A stretch of 64,000 nt of DNA from a virus (Duplodnaviria > Caudoviricetes), in IMG/VR virus record IMGVR_UViG_3300026549_000029, positions 64,001 through 128,000 of that record; one strand, written 5' to 3'. Below the pieces are notes generated by a model. The model worked only from the letters and a program-made list of their open reading frames with translations. It ran no database searches and was not told the origin of the DNA. A program made the position numbers and the translations under genes. Positions 29,801-39,279 of this stretch are shown piece by piece; the first letter of the stretch is position 1, and each line of letters opens with the position of its first letter.

Positions 29801-30666
29801 CTGCTGTAGCAGGAGAAATTCTTAATACAAAGACAGCTTGGGTTAATGGTGTTAAGATTACTGGTGATATGCCCAATAGAGGAGCTATAGTTGAGACTAT
29901 AAATGCTGGTAGTACATATACTATTCCTGCTGGTTATCATAATGGTTCTGGAACTATTACAGCTTCTGATTTGTCTGGACAGACTTCTGGTACTGCTATA
30001 GCAGATGATATTTTATATAATAAAACTGCTTGGGTTAATGGTACTAAATTAACAGGTTCTATGCCTAATATTGGGACTGAATCTGATACTCTTAACTGTG
30101 GTGCTACTCATACTATTTCTGCTGGTTATCATGATGGTTCGGGTGTTATTACAGCAGCATCTCTTGCTTCTCAGACTTCTGCTAATGCTGTAGCTGCTAA
30201 TATATTATCTACTAAGACTGCTTGGGTTAATGGTACTAAATTAACAGGTTCTATGCCTAACGTGGGTACAATAACTAGAACTCTTAATGCTGGTGAATCT
30301 TATACTATAGATGAAGGATATCATACTGGTACTGGTGTAATATCTGCACAGACCTTGGCAGAGCAGACTGTTGGTACTGCTACAGCTGATGATATGTTAT
30401 CTAATAAGACAGCTTGGGTTAATGGAGTACAAGTTACTGGTAATATTCCTGTAAGATCTGGAGCTGATACTACTATTAATGCTGGTGGTACTGTAACAGT
30501 ACCTGCTGGATATTATCCAAATGGATTTATTATTAGAGCTGCATCTCTTGCTTCTCAGACTGATGGTACTGCTACTGCTGGTGATATTGTTATTGATGAA
30601 ACTGCATGGGTCAAAGGTGAGAAGATCACTGGTATTATCGCTAGCGGTGATGATGTTTCTTACTAA
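26824..30666 (+). CDS. Long tail-fibre-like repeat protein
   Basis: About 17 (T/V)AWVNG-type units plus several shorter LELTG.A...G.TFY units. Confidence 0.8.
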   Translation: MAKEILSYENDIANRSTEVDRNSSIATEYNVLSGHIFQDAITREPLVGTMPDNGYIHETLEPSTNEELSYYVIPEGYHNGSGMIIAPKISDYTFGTATEEDIAYGKTAWVNGEKIVGTLDVRSNAQEGNATSEDLLSSKVAWVNGERIVGNIPYLYRVDKTLLPGESYIIPYGFSSGDSIVTAADLSTQTTGDATAEDIAYGKTVWVNGEKIVGTYRTDEAIREWLSEATVERENVLEGAKFYSTLYNSVVEGTMIDHSGEESRVLSNGEVFYIPAGYYNGLTSIEVVKIGNVTVANMEADDLIAGKTAWANGVKVTGTMPKIENINAIVACDEVYTIPMGFHSGEGKVTGKNLASQTQGTAIDSDIYSGKTAWINGVKVTGTMTVNPHIEKKLEPGEQYMIPMGFHTGTDFIYTDSIADQTQGTATATSMLEGTTAWVNGIEIVGTIPVISNQDISLDGGESYTIPAGYYDGTSIITATTVSDQTPGTATAEDIVSGKTAWVNGVKITGNIELTGDAISVQVLKGKTFYNTNVHQQITGELELTGNATADKVLKGLKFYSDDPFTQLEGTLELTGDARTAHVLAGETFYTTHYDFKETGTMINRGAIVKGLTSGEVYTIPAGYHNGNGKVTAPSIESVTEGTAVASDIIKTKTAWVDGQKLTGTLELTGNAAAENVLIGKTFYSTNPKTKLTGTMPNITDTDTELQAAGTYVIEVGYHNTQVTISAADLTDQTSGTATAADMLEGTTAWVNGQEVIGTIPVIESFRPTISAGDSYTIPVGYHDGNSIVYSESLSSQTHGTAIDSDILINRTAWVNGEQVTGTMPDRGTESVTLNCGETYNILQGYHSGSGIISANTLDIQTPGTATAANIFENETAWVNGVQIIGTVPVSSENGTTLYAGESVSYSAAYYENGLSIIAVDLATQTPGNATASHILSTKTAWVNGQEVNGSMTNIGSESDTLNCGGTHIISAGYHDGTGVITAASLSSQTQATAVAGEILNTKTAWVNGVKITGDMPNRGAIVETINAGSTYTIPAGYHNGSGTITASDLSGQTSGTAIADDILYNKTAWVNGTKLTGSMPNIGTESDTLNCGATHTISAGYHDGSGVITAASLASQTSANAVAANILSTKTAWVNGTKLTGSMPNVGTITRTLNAGESYTIDEGYHTGTGVISAQTLAEQTVGTATADDMLSNKTAWVNGVQVTGNIPVRSGADTTINAGGTVTVPAGYYPNGFIIRAASLASQTDGTATAGDIVIDETAWVKGEKITGIIASGDDVSY

Positions 30667-30687
30667 TATTTAGGGAGATAAATAATT

Positions 30688-31260
30688 ATGGGAAATATTG
30701 AAAGAAGAAATATTAGAATTGAAGACTGGGAAGGTAATATTTACTATCCTGAGACGCAATCTGGCTCGTCTTTAGCTGGAAGAATTATAGATTCAGAAGA
30801 TGCTACTACTGATCTTACCAGTGGCTCTGTTACTATTACTGAAGGAACAGTTACTACTGATATTACTGCTAATAATAGTATCGCTATCATGATAGCATCT
30901 CCTGCTGCAGATAAGTTATTATTCCAGACTGCTGTCTCTGGTATTCCTTTTGGAAAAGTAGCAGTAGATATTAGAATCAAATCTAATGTAGTAAGTTCTG
31001 CTAATATTTTTAAAGTAGAATGTTATTATTATGATACTATTGAAGAATCTGAAGGAACTCTTTTAGAGACTAAAACTTTTAAAGGTACTGATATTAGTAC
31101 TGCTAATACTTATAAAAATATAAACTTTATTACAGATTTCTATGGTAATTATAAAAGCTCTGTAACTTTTAAGATTAAAGTAATTGCTATTGGTGGAAAT
31201 GCAGCTACATTATACTTTGATCAGATTGCTATTGCTAAAGCAATGCCTACTATCTCTTAA
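30688..31260 (+). CDS. hypothetical protein, probable tail/fibre-associated beta-rich protein
   Basis: GGGAG RBS; co-transcribed with the fibre gene; terminator 31272-31299. Confidence 0.75.
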   Translation: MGNIERRNIRIEDWEGNIYYPETQSGSSLAGRIIDSEDATTDLTSGSVTITEGTVTTDITANNSIAIMIASPAADKLLFQTAVSGIPFGKVAVDIRIKSNVVSSANIFKVECYYYDTIEESEGTLLETKTFKGTDISTANTYKNINFITDFYGNYKSSVTFKIKVIAIGGNAATLYFDQIAIAKAMPTIS

Positions 31261-31317
31261 GTAATCAAAATGCCACTACTGGTGTTTTCCAGTAGTGGCT
31301 ATTTATAGGTAAAGAAA

Positions 31318-31329
31318 AACATTAATATA
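31318..31329 (+). promoter_or_regulatory. Putative late promoter AACA-N6-TA (representative copy)
   Basis: Same motif at 12510, 23656, 44840, 49744 and 52545; AACT/CACA variants precede other structural genes. Confidence 0.6.
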
Positions 31330-31359
31330 ATATTCTGATTCTGTGGAGGATTCATTAAA

Positions 31360-32331
31360 ATGAAAATTCTTTCTGATTCCTGCTTTTATGATAAATCAAA
31401 TTATGAGAAGCCACTATTTGATTATCTATTGGCTGCTCATAGAGTAAATAAAAAAGATGAAAGTTTTAATGATATAGTATATGATGTAAAAAGACAATCT
31501 ATTGCTCCAGTATTAGTAAAGGTTTTATTAAGTAATAAAATAGAATTACTTATTGATCCTAAAGGAGTATCTAGAGCTTTTAAAGTTATATATTCTAGTG
31601 ATCCTAAAGAAAGAAATGGTGGAAAAAAGAAAGTATTTATTGATTGTACTGGAGTTATAGAATATAATAATGGTATTTATACAATTAAGAAAATTAGTTA
31701 TCTAGTTTCTTATTTAGTAACAGCTATGACATATATTATTTACTATAATCTTCCTAAAGCTATCCTTTCAAATAGCTCTTTAATGAAATCCTCTACTGAA
31801 GCTTTTGTTGATCTCATGCTTTATGTATTAGGATATTTAAAAGTACCGATTACATACTCAGATAATAAAGAAAGAATGAGCTTTGCATTAGCCGAATATT
31901 ATCAGATCTGTGTTGCTGGTAGAGATAATGGTGAAAATGTCTATAATCTAGCTAAGAATATATCTGGTATTAAAGAAAAGAGAATATGTGATAATATTCA
32001 TATTATATTTGATTCTTGTATTAGTAAAGAAACTACTTTTGATAAATTCTTAGTTAAGTTTGCTGAAGTTTTCTTAGGTCAAGAATCTGGACAAATGACT
32101 CCTAAACATAGAGCAAGATTAACTACAGAAGCTTTTGTTCAAAGATGGATGTACTCTTATGGACCAAGTACTTTCTTTGCTCTTGATTGTTTTGTTCCTT
32201 TTGCTCAGATGCTTACAGATACATATGTAGGAGCATATCTTAACCAGCAAAATACTATTGAAAAAGTAGTAGGGAAGAACTATACAACATTTACAAATGA
32301 ATTACTGAGAGTAGGGAGTGAAAATGCATGA
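31360..32331 (+). CDS. hypothetical protein, probable virion protein
   Basis: GGAGG RBS; late motif upstream; ATGA-coupled to the next gene. Confidence 0.8.
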   Translation: MKILSDSCFYDKSNYEKPLFDYLLAAHRVNKKDESFNDIVYDVKRQSIAPVLVKVLLSNKIELLIDPKGVSRAFKVIYSSDPKERNGGKKKVFIDCTGVIEYNNGIYTIKKISYLVSYLVTAMTYIIYYNLPKAILSNSSLMKSSTEAFVDLMLYVLGYLKVPITYSDNKERMSFALAEYYQICVAGRDNGENVYNLAKNISGIKEKRICDNIHIIFDSCISKETTFDKFLVKFAEVFLGQESGQMTPKHRARLTTEAFVQRWMYSYGPSTFFALDCFVPFAQMLTDTYVGAYLNQQNTIEKVVGKNYTTFTNELLRVGSENA

Positions 32332-34865
32332 TGAACCAGAAGTTCATAGATAGGATTGAAACTTTAAGACATCATACTTACTCTAGAATTCAAGAGTTAC
32401 AGAAAAATTTATGCCCAATGATTAAGAAAGATATTTATATGCATTATCAATTTGATTATTGGTATGATGGATATAAATATAATCTTTGGGAAGATGATAC
32501 TCATATTTATGCTGTAAAAGAAATTCCATACTGTTATGATAATAATATTAGAAATACAGTATTTCAAGGAAATCTTAAAGATCTAGTAGATGAAGATAAA
32601 GTTTGGCCATTCTTATTATTTATTAATGGTGAAGTAATACCTTGGTCTGATATTACTATTATCCATGACTATGATTATTCTTATATGAGAATTGATAATT
32701 ATGGTCCAGATTATTCTTTTTATACTGATATAATAGTATTCCCTATTGGATCTAAACAGATTAGATATGGTGAAGATAATGATATTCTTGCTGGAGTAAG
32801 TGATAGAAAAGGTTTTTATTTTGGTACAGATAGAACAAGACTTACTAATATTGACTTTGTAGATATTATAGTAAGATTAGAAATATTAGATGATAATATC
32901 TATTATAAAGAATTACAGCTTACTGATTCTTATACCGGTAATATTACTTTTGATGATTTACCAGTAGGATTTATTCCTTCATTAGATAATATTATTCTAT
33001 TTGATAATGAAGGTAAATTTGTGCATACTAATATTACGGAATATTTTTCTGATCAATTTAATGGAGTTCTTGGTAAATTTAAAATTATTACTACTGAAGG
33101 ATTAGGAACTGCCATTTTATTATATAATACTAGTCATACTAAATCTAAATCTTCTATTTATGATAGAATAGAAGATTTAGATATTAATACACTTAATAAT
33201 CTTTTAGATAGTGTAGAATATGATAGCGAAGAATGGAATACAGTAGTATATAAATTAATAGAAAAATTTGATTTTGATCATTCATTTGGAGTAGATTATG
33301 AATCAAATATAAATAATGCTGCTGATTATATTAGTAAATATGACTATAGATTATGGAGAGAAGCTTTCTTAAATGATGAACCAATTATAATAAAAACTTA
33401 TACTGGTTCTGATTATAAAAATCTCTCTGATGATAGAGGATATATTCATTTATCTAGAAGACATGCTGATCCTATTCAAGATGTGGTAATGGTATTTGTA
33501 AATAGTAAATTATATGAATATTCTATTGATATAAGTTATACTAATAATACCATTAATGTACCTATCTTTGGTATTATGGATGATGATCATATAGAATTGG
33601 TCATATTTACAAAATGTAATAATCTAGTACTTGATATGAAAGTAAATTCTGCTGATGAAGATGTATATATTCACCCAGAATATAATTTAGATGATTGTTA
33701 TATTATGTCTGAAGAATGTCCTGATGCTGTATATACTGTTCCTGATAGTGTAGAACATAGAAAACAGTATATTCCTGACTATACATATACATCGATAGAA
33801 GAAGAAGGACATTATAATATTAGTTTTGAAAATGCTTATTATTATGGAAAGAATCTTAAGATTGTTCCTAAAAGACAATTTAGACACTATAGATTTAAAC
33901 AGAAAGATGGGCAATTTAAGATTATACTTCCTACACAGTTTAATTATTGTCATGATCCTAATAGATATTTGATTTTTATCAATGGTAAAAAAATTGATAG
34001 AACTGAATATACTATTACTATCATGAATAAAGATAGACCTTTTGATAAATTAATTCTCTATCTCTCTACTATCTTAGATGAAGGCGATTATGTAGATATC
34101 TTCTATATTCCTATGATTCTTAAAGAGAGTTATAGGTTAGATATTATTGATAGAGATGGTTTACTTAGATTATCAAGTACTAGTAAGTATCCTACTAAAT
34201 ATCCATTATCTAAATATACTACTATGGTATTTATTAATGGATATAAAGTAAATCCTTTAGAAATTAAAGATGTAAGCATTAATCAAATGCTTATTAATGT
34301 AGATAAATATATAAGAGATTCTGATGGAAATAAAATTAATAATTATGGATATTGGGAAACTGTTCCTTATACTATTCCTAGCATTAATAATATAACTGTT
34401 ATGGAATATATAGAAGGAGATGAAGATATTTCTAATTATCTTGATGAAGGTAATTATGATTCTTGGAGAACTTATATAGAAACTCTTCAAAATAGTGAAT
34501 ATGAATTAAAGTCTATCTATGGTAAGTATTATGAAATCGAAAATCAAGATATTGAACCTGATTATAAGACTTACTTTGGTGGACTTAGAAGTATTCTCTA
34601 TGATATTGTCATTGACTATTATCTTGTTAGAAATGAAGCTGCTACAGGTGAAGCATTTGTCTATGATTTTGAAAGAGCTGAATGGGAGCCCTATAGTAGA
34701 TATTCTGGTGAACAAGATCTTGATAGTAAAGATAATGTTAAACTTATTACAGTTTTTGAAATACATGATAAATTACTTGATTATATTCCTACAACAGAAA
34801 ATATTGCAGATCCTAGTAATGTTCTTAATGGAATGCAATTTTATCCTGTTAATACTGGAAATTAA
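32328..34865 (+). CDS. Probable virion structural (baseplate-type) protein
   Basis: Repeated (L/M)xF(I/V)NGxx(I/V) beta modules: LLFINGEV, MVFVNSKL, LIFINGKK, MVFINGYK. Confidence 0.65.
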   Translation: MMNQKFIDRIETLRHHTYSRIQELQKNLCPMIKKDIYMHYQFDYWYDGYKYNLWEDDTHIYAVKEIPYCYDNNIRNTVFQGNLKDLVDEDKVWPFLLFINGEVIPWSDITIIHDYDYSYMRIDNYGPDYSFYTDIIVFPIGSKQIRYGEDNDILAGVSDRKGFYFGTDRTRLTNIDFVDIIVRLEILDDNIYYKELQLTDSYTGNITFDDLPVGFIPSLDNIILFDNEGKFVHTNITEYFSDQFNGVLGKFKIITTEGLGTAILLYNTSHTKSKSSIYDRIEDLDINTLNNLLDSVEYDSEEWNTVVYKLIEKFDFDHSFGVDYESNINNAADYISKYDYRLWREAFLNDEPIIIKTYTGSDYKNLSDDRGYIHLSRRHADPIQDVVMVFVNSKLYEYSIDISYTNNTINVPIFGIMDDDHIELVIFTKCNNLVLDMKVNSADEDVYIHPEYNLDDCYIMSEECPDAVYTVPDSVEHRKQYIPDYTYTSIEEEGHYNISFENAYYYGKNLKIVPKRQFRHYRFKQKDGQFKIILPTQFNYCHDPNRYLIFINGKKIDRTEYTITIMNKDRPFDKLILYLSTILDEGDYVDIFYIPMILKESYRLDIIDRDGLLRLSSTSKYPTKYPLSKYTTMVFINGYKVNPLEIKDVSINQMLINVDKYIRDSDGNKINNYGYWETVPYTIPSINNITVMEYIEGDEDISNYLDEGNYDSWRTYIETLQNSEYELKSIYGKYYEIENQDIEPDYKTYFGGLRSILYDIVIDYYLVRNEAATGEAFVYDFERAEWEPYSRYSGEQDLDSKDNVKLITVFEIHDKLLDYIPTTENIADPSNVLNGMQFYPVNTGN

Positions 34866-34904
34866 TATAAAAATGTATAGAGAAGAGCAATTTGCTCTTC
34901 TCTT

Positions 34905-35770
34905 TTATTTAATATAAAAGTAATATTTATAAATATTAAATAATATATTTAAAAAATATTATAAAAATACCGTTCTCAGATATACTAAAATAACTATCTG
35001 AGAACAAGTGGAAAAAAAGTGTTAAAAAATGGCCTATTAAAATTTTTTTCAATTGAAAATAATAAAGATGATTATTATTGAATTTGCTACTAAGGGGCCC
35101 CAGTGAATAGAAGCCTGCCCCCAAGGGCTAAGGCTTCGTAATTCACTGGGGTGATATATACGATATTACTACAATAATAGTACATATCCATTACGTTATA
35201 TCATCTTTATTATCTTAATATTAATGGAGGAATTTTTAAAGGACACAAACCTCAAAAATCATACTAAAATTTAATTTTCTAATATTTTTTTTTCAATAAT
35301 ATAATAAATATAAAAATTGTATATGTTTATAGATGAATATAGATTTCCTATATCATAAGATAAAATAAATAAATAAAATTATAGCTAAAAAGAAATAATT
35401 AATATTATTTTTTTATTTTTTGTAAAAAAACCTCAATTTTAGGGATAGTAAAATAAAAAATAGTTAGTTATTATATCCTTGATATAATTATAATAATCAT
35501 AATAAAAAAATATATATTATGATTATTAGTTGAATATAATATCTATTCAACGTTAATAAGATTAACGTTGATTTAGACCCTCAAGGTCTAAAAATCAACG
35601 TTAAGATTATTAACGTGTATGATATAGATGCTAATGGTAAAGTAGATTAACCGAATATCATACTGAATATAATAACCTTAGGGAGTATTTTTATTTTTCT
35701 ACGAAAAATAAAACTGGAAATATAATTTTTATTTAAAAATAAAAATTATATTTCCAATAAAATATTCAAT
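34905..35770. other. Large AT-rich non-coding region with two complex palindromes; candidate replication origin
   Basis: No credible ORF; GC-rich hairpin at 35098-35151; nested inverted repeats at 35547-35616. Confidence 0.5.
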
Positions 35771-35821
35771 AAGATATTATAATTATGAATCATTATCAAA
35801 ACATAAAAAAGGAGAAAATAT

Positions 35822-36682
35822 ATGAATATTAAACCTGTAATATTTAATACAAATAATCCTAACTTCAAAAAAGAATTAGCAGATAAAGCATCAAACTGGT
35901 TTAATAAAATGGAAACAGAATATTTAGATATTATTACAAATTCTTTCAATAATACTAAAAAATATAATCCTGATTTTTTAGGTAAATTATCATATGATAA
36001 TAATAATAATAATAAATCTACTATTCAAAATATTCAATTATTAGATATGGATTCTGTATCAGCAGCATATTTAATAAATTTTGCAACAAAAAATGAAGAT
36101 AAACCTATTGGATTATTAAATTTTGCATCTTTTAAGTTTCCAGGTGGATTGTTTTTGCAGGGAAGTAGGATGCAAGAAGAATCATTATGTCATGAATCAA
36201 TTCTTTATAATGTACTTAGAAGATTTAATTTAGATTTTTATGGAGAAAATAGATTATTATGTAAAAGATATAAAGATGTAAATAGTACATATATAAATAG
36301 AGGTTTATATTCTCCAGATATATTATTTATCCATAATAATGAAAAATTCTACTGTAATGTAATTACAGTAGCAGCTCCTAATAATAGAAAACATGATATA
36401 TCAAATGATGTTAATTATAGAGCTTTATATGCAAGAATAAAATTTGTATTAGACATTGCTAAAGATAATAATATAAAAACTATTATTCTTGGAGCATTTG
36501 GTTGTGGAGTATTCAAACAAAATCCTGAAGAAGTAGCAAATATATTTAAAGAATTATTAATATTTGGAGAATATAATTTTAATAATGTATATTTTGCTAT
36601 TCCTTATGGAAATAATTATAAAGTATTTGCCAGAGTACTTAAAGCTTGTCTTTCTGGTATTATTATTGATAATGAAACTTAA
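35822..36682 (+). CDS. Bacterial-type PARG / macrodomain (TIGR02452, DUF2263-like)
   Basis: LNFAS..PGG.F..G...QEESLC, TVAAP, ILGAFGCGVF. Confidence 0.9.
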   Translation: MNIKPVIFNTNNPNFKKELADKASNWFNKMETEYLDIITNSFNNTKKYNPDFLGKLSYDNNNNNKSTIQNIQLLDMDSVSAAYLINFATKNEDKPIGLLNFASFKFPGGLFLQGSRMQEESLCHESILYNVLRRFNLDFYGENRLLCKRYKDVNSTYINRGLYSPDILFIHNNEKFYCNVITVAAPNNRKHDISNDVNYRALYARIKFVLDIAKDNNIKTIILGAFGCGVFKQNPEEVANIFKELLIFGEYNFNNVYFAIPYGNNYKVFARVLKACLSGIIIDNET

Positions 36683-36699
36683 ATAATAGGAGGATAGTT

Positions 36700-36939
36700 A
36701 TGACTTCATTTAAAACGAAACAAAATTTAATTGATGCTTTAAAAGAATTATGCTTAGGATGTGAAGTAGATTATCATCCTTTAGGTGGAGATATTATCTA
36801 TTGTACACAAGAATATTTTCATGCTAAAAATAATAATATTCCTATTGCAGGAATTAGAATTGTTGATATTTTAAGTGGAAAAATATGTGGATTTATCTAT
36901 GAAAATAAACCTACTGAAGTAGAATGGTATGATGCATAA
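36700..36939 (+). CDS. hypothetical protein
   Basis: AGGAGG RBS. Confidence 0.75.
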   Translation: MTSFKTKQNLIDALKELCLGCEVDYHPLGGDIIYCTQEYFHAKNNNIPIAGIRIVDILSGKICGFIYENKPTEVEWYDA

Positions 36940-37109
36940 TAAAAGAAGAGGAGAGCTAATATTAGCTCTCCTCATATTCTAAATTATTTTTTATAAATAT
37001 ATTATAATTTTGAGAAAGGAGATTATATAGTATCAAAATTAACTATTTACAAAACTTTATATTATAAGGTGAAAACTATTTTAAGAGAGAATAATAAGGA
37101 GAAATAAAA

Positions 37110-39224
37110 ATGATATCTAACTTTGAAAATTATGGTCCATTTATAAAATTAGTACAAGATGGATATATGGATTTATATACAAAAGATATAAATACTAAAA
37201 ATTATAATTCTTATTTTGATGGAATTCTTAATATCATGAGAGATGGTATTGAAGATCCAGAAGTACAAGCATTAAAAATTGGAGTTCATTTAGATGATGG
37301 AAATTTTGTTAAATTAACTGTACCTGATTTATATTTTCAATTAATTTTCTTTACATTTCCTATTTATATTGGAACTCCTATTACAGTAATTCATCTTGTA
37401 GATACAAGACAAATTACAAAACGTACTATTAGAGAATACTTTAATATGCTAATTAAGCAACATTCTAAAGATGTTGATTTTATTACTCTAAATAACTTAA
37501 TTGATGAGACTATTTACAAATTTAAATATATAGATGAATTTGCAATGTATTTATCCAATACAGTTAATTTTAAAGATACATTAGATTTAATGATAAAATA
37601 TCCTGAATTTAATGAATCTATTCATGCAGATTTATCTGGAGTTCCTATTGAAGATGTAAAAGATGTAGGAATGAAGTATACTCAAACTCAGATTAACTAT
37701 ATTAAGAATAATGATCATTGTTTAAGAGATTCTTTTATTGCACAAGAAGCTATATCTCCTAAACAATTTAAAGAAGTATCTGTAAATATTGGTACTAAAC
37801 CTGATGGACATGGAGGGATATTCCCCTATATTATTAATAATTCTTTTATGAATGGTGGAGTATCCAATCCTGAATCTTATGTTATAGATTCTTCTGTAGG
37901 AAGAACAGCACAAATATTACAGAAAATGAATGTTGGTACATCAGGAGCATTTGCAAGATTATTGGAGACTAATAATCTTGATACTTTCTTTAATCCGGAT
38001 CAAGATTATTCTTGTGATACAAAGAATTTTATTCAAGTATTTATTAAAGATTCTAACTGGTTATCTAAATATGATAAAAGATATTATAGATTTAATCCAG
38101 ATGGAATTGATTATGTATTAGATAAAGATAAAGATATTCATTTAATTGGGCAAACTCTATTATTTAGATCACCTATTACATGTGCATCTTATGCCCATGG
38201 ATACGGAATTTGTAGAAAATGTTATGGGGATCTTTATTATATTAATAGAGATATAAATCCTGGAAAAATGGCAGCAGAATTATTATCATCTAAATATACG
38301 CAGATGCTTTTATCTGCTAAACATTTGTTGGAATCTTCTGTCATAGAGATGAAATGGAATCAAGAATTCTTTGATATTTTTGAATTAAATCTTAATATGA
38401 TATCTATTCAAGAAGATATTGAATTGGAAGGATATTATATGATTCTTGATTCTAATAAATTTATATCTGATGAAGATGATGATTCTGAAGATGCTGGAAT
38501 TCAATATGAAGAATATATTCCATCTTTCGATATTAAATATTCTAATGGAAATATTATTACATTCCATACATCAGAAGAAGATAATATTTATCTTACAGAA
38601 GATCTTAATAGATTATTAAAATCTAAAAAAGTAAAAGAGAATGAAGATGGTCTTTATATAATATCTCTTGAGTTATTAAGTTCTATTCCTGTAGTATTTA
38701 CTGTAAAGATTCAAAATAAAGAATTACAGAGAACTTTGGAAAGATCTAAAAATATTATTAATAGAGATAAGGATACAAGTAGTTTTACTAAAGATGAAAT
38801 TGTTAAAGAATTTATAACTGCTAATATGGAAGGTGGAATCGATATATCTGCTATCCATTTGGAGACCATATTATCAAATCAGATGAGAGATCCTGATGAT
38901 ATTTTATCTATGCCTAATTGGTCTATAAGAAATGCACCATATAAGATTCTTACTTTAGGTTCAGCATTAAATAACAGTCCTTCAATTACAGTAACCCTAG
39001 AATATCAAAAAATTGGTAAGACTTTAATTAGTCCATTATCTGCTAAAAAGAGAAAACCTTCTGTATTTGATTTATATTTTATGGAGAAACCTCAAGATTA
39101 TGTAGAGAATAATGAAATGGTTTCTGATAAATATAAAATGAAAGAAGATAATGATCCTAATGTATTGAAAGATGTTATTTATTTTATTAATAATGAAGAA
39201 CCTAGTGACTTATGTGATGATTAA
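37110..39224 (+). CDS. Multisubunit RNA polymerase beta' C-terminal subunit (non-virion type)
   Basis: Bridge helix SGAFARLL, Zn site RSPITC...GICRKCYG, trigger loop TQMLLSAKH. No DxDGD motif, so beta' is split. Early promoter motif upstream. Confidence 0.88.
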   Translation: MISNFENYGPFIKLVQDGYMDLYTKDINTKNYNSYFDGILNIMRDGIEDPEVQALKIGVHLDDGNFVKLTVPDLYFQLIFFTFPIYIGTPITVIHLVDTRQITKRTIREYFNMLIKQHSKDVDFITLNNLIDETIYKFKYIDEFAMYLSNTVNFKDTLDLMIKYPEFNESIHADLSGVPIEDVKDVGMKYTQTQINYIKNNDHCLRDSFIAQEAISPKQFKEVSVNIGTKPDGHGGIFPYIINNSFMNGGVSNPESYVIDSSVGRTAQILQKMNVGTSGAFARLLETNNLDTFFNPDQDYSCDTKNFIQVFIKDSNWLSKYDKRYYRFNPDGIDYVLDKDKDIHLIGQTLLFRSPITCASYAHGYGICRKCYGDLYYINRDINPGKMAAELLSSKYTQMLLSAKHLLESSVIEMKWNQEFFDIFELNLNMISIQEDIELEGYYMILDSNKFISDEDDDSEDAGIQYEEYIPSFDIKYSNGNIITFHTSEEDNIYLTEDLNRLLKSKKVKENEDGLYIISLELLSSIPVVFTVKIQNKELQRTLERSKNIINRDKDTSSFTKDEIVKEFITANMEGGIDISAIHLETILSNQMRDPDDILSMPNWSIRNAPYKILTLGSALNNSPSITVTLEYQKIGKTLISPLSAKKRKPSVFDLYFMEKPQDYVENNEMVSDKYKMKEDNDPNVLKDVIYFINNEEPSDLCDD

Positions 39225-39279
39225 TTTTAATATAAGGGAAGAATAATAATCTTCCCTTATATTTTTTAAAGGAAATAAT

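Noticed and set aside
35094-35151. tRNA or SRP RNA
   Set aside because: No cloverleaf or T-loop and no SRP GGAA-loop motif. No tRNA was recognised anywhere in the window.
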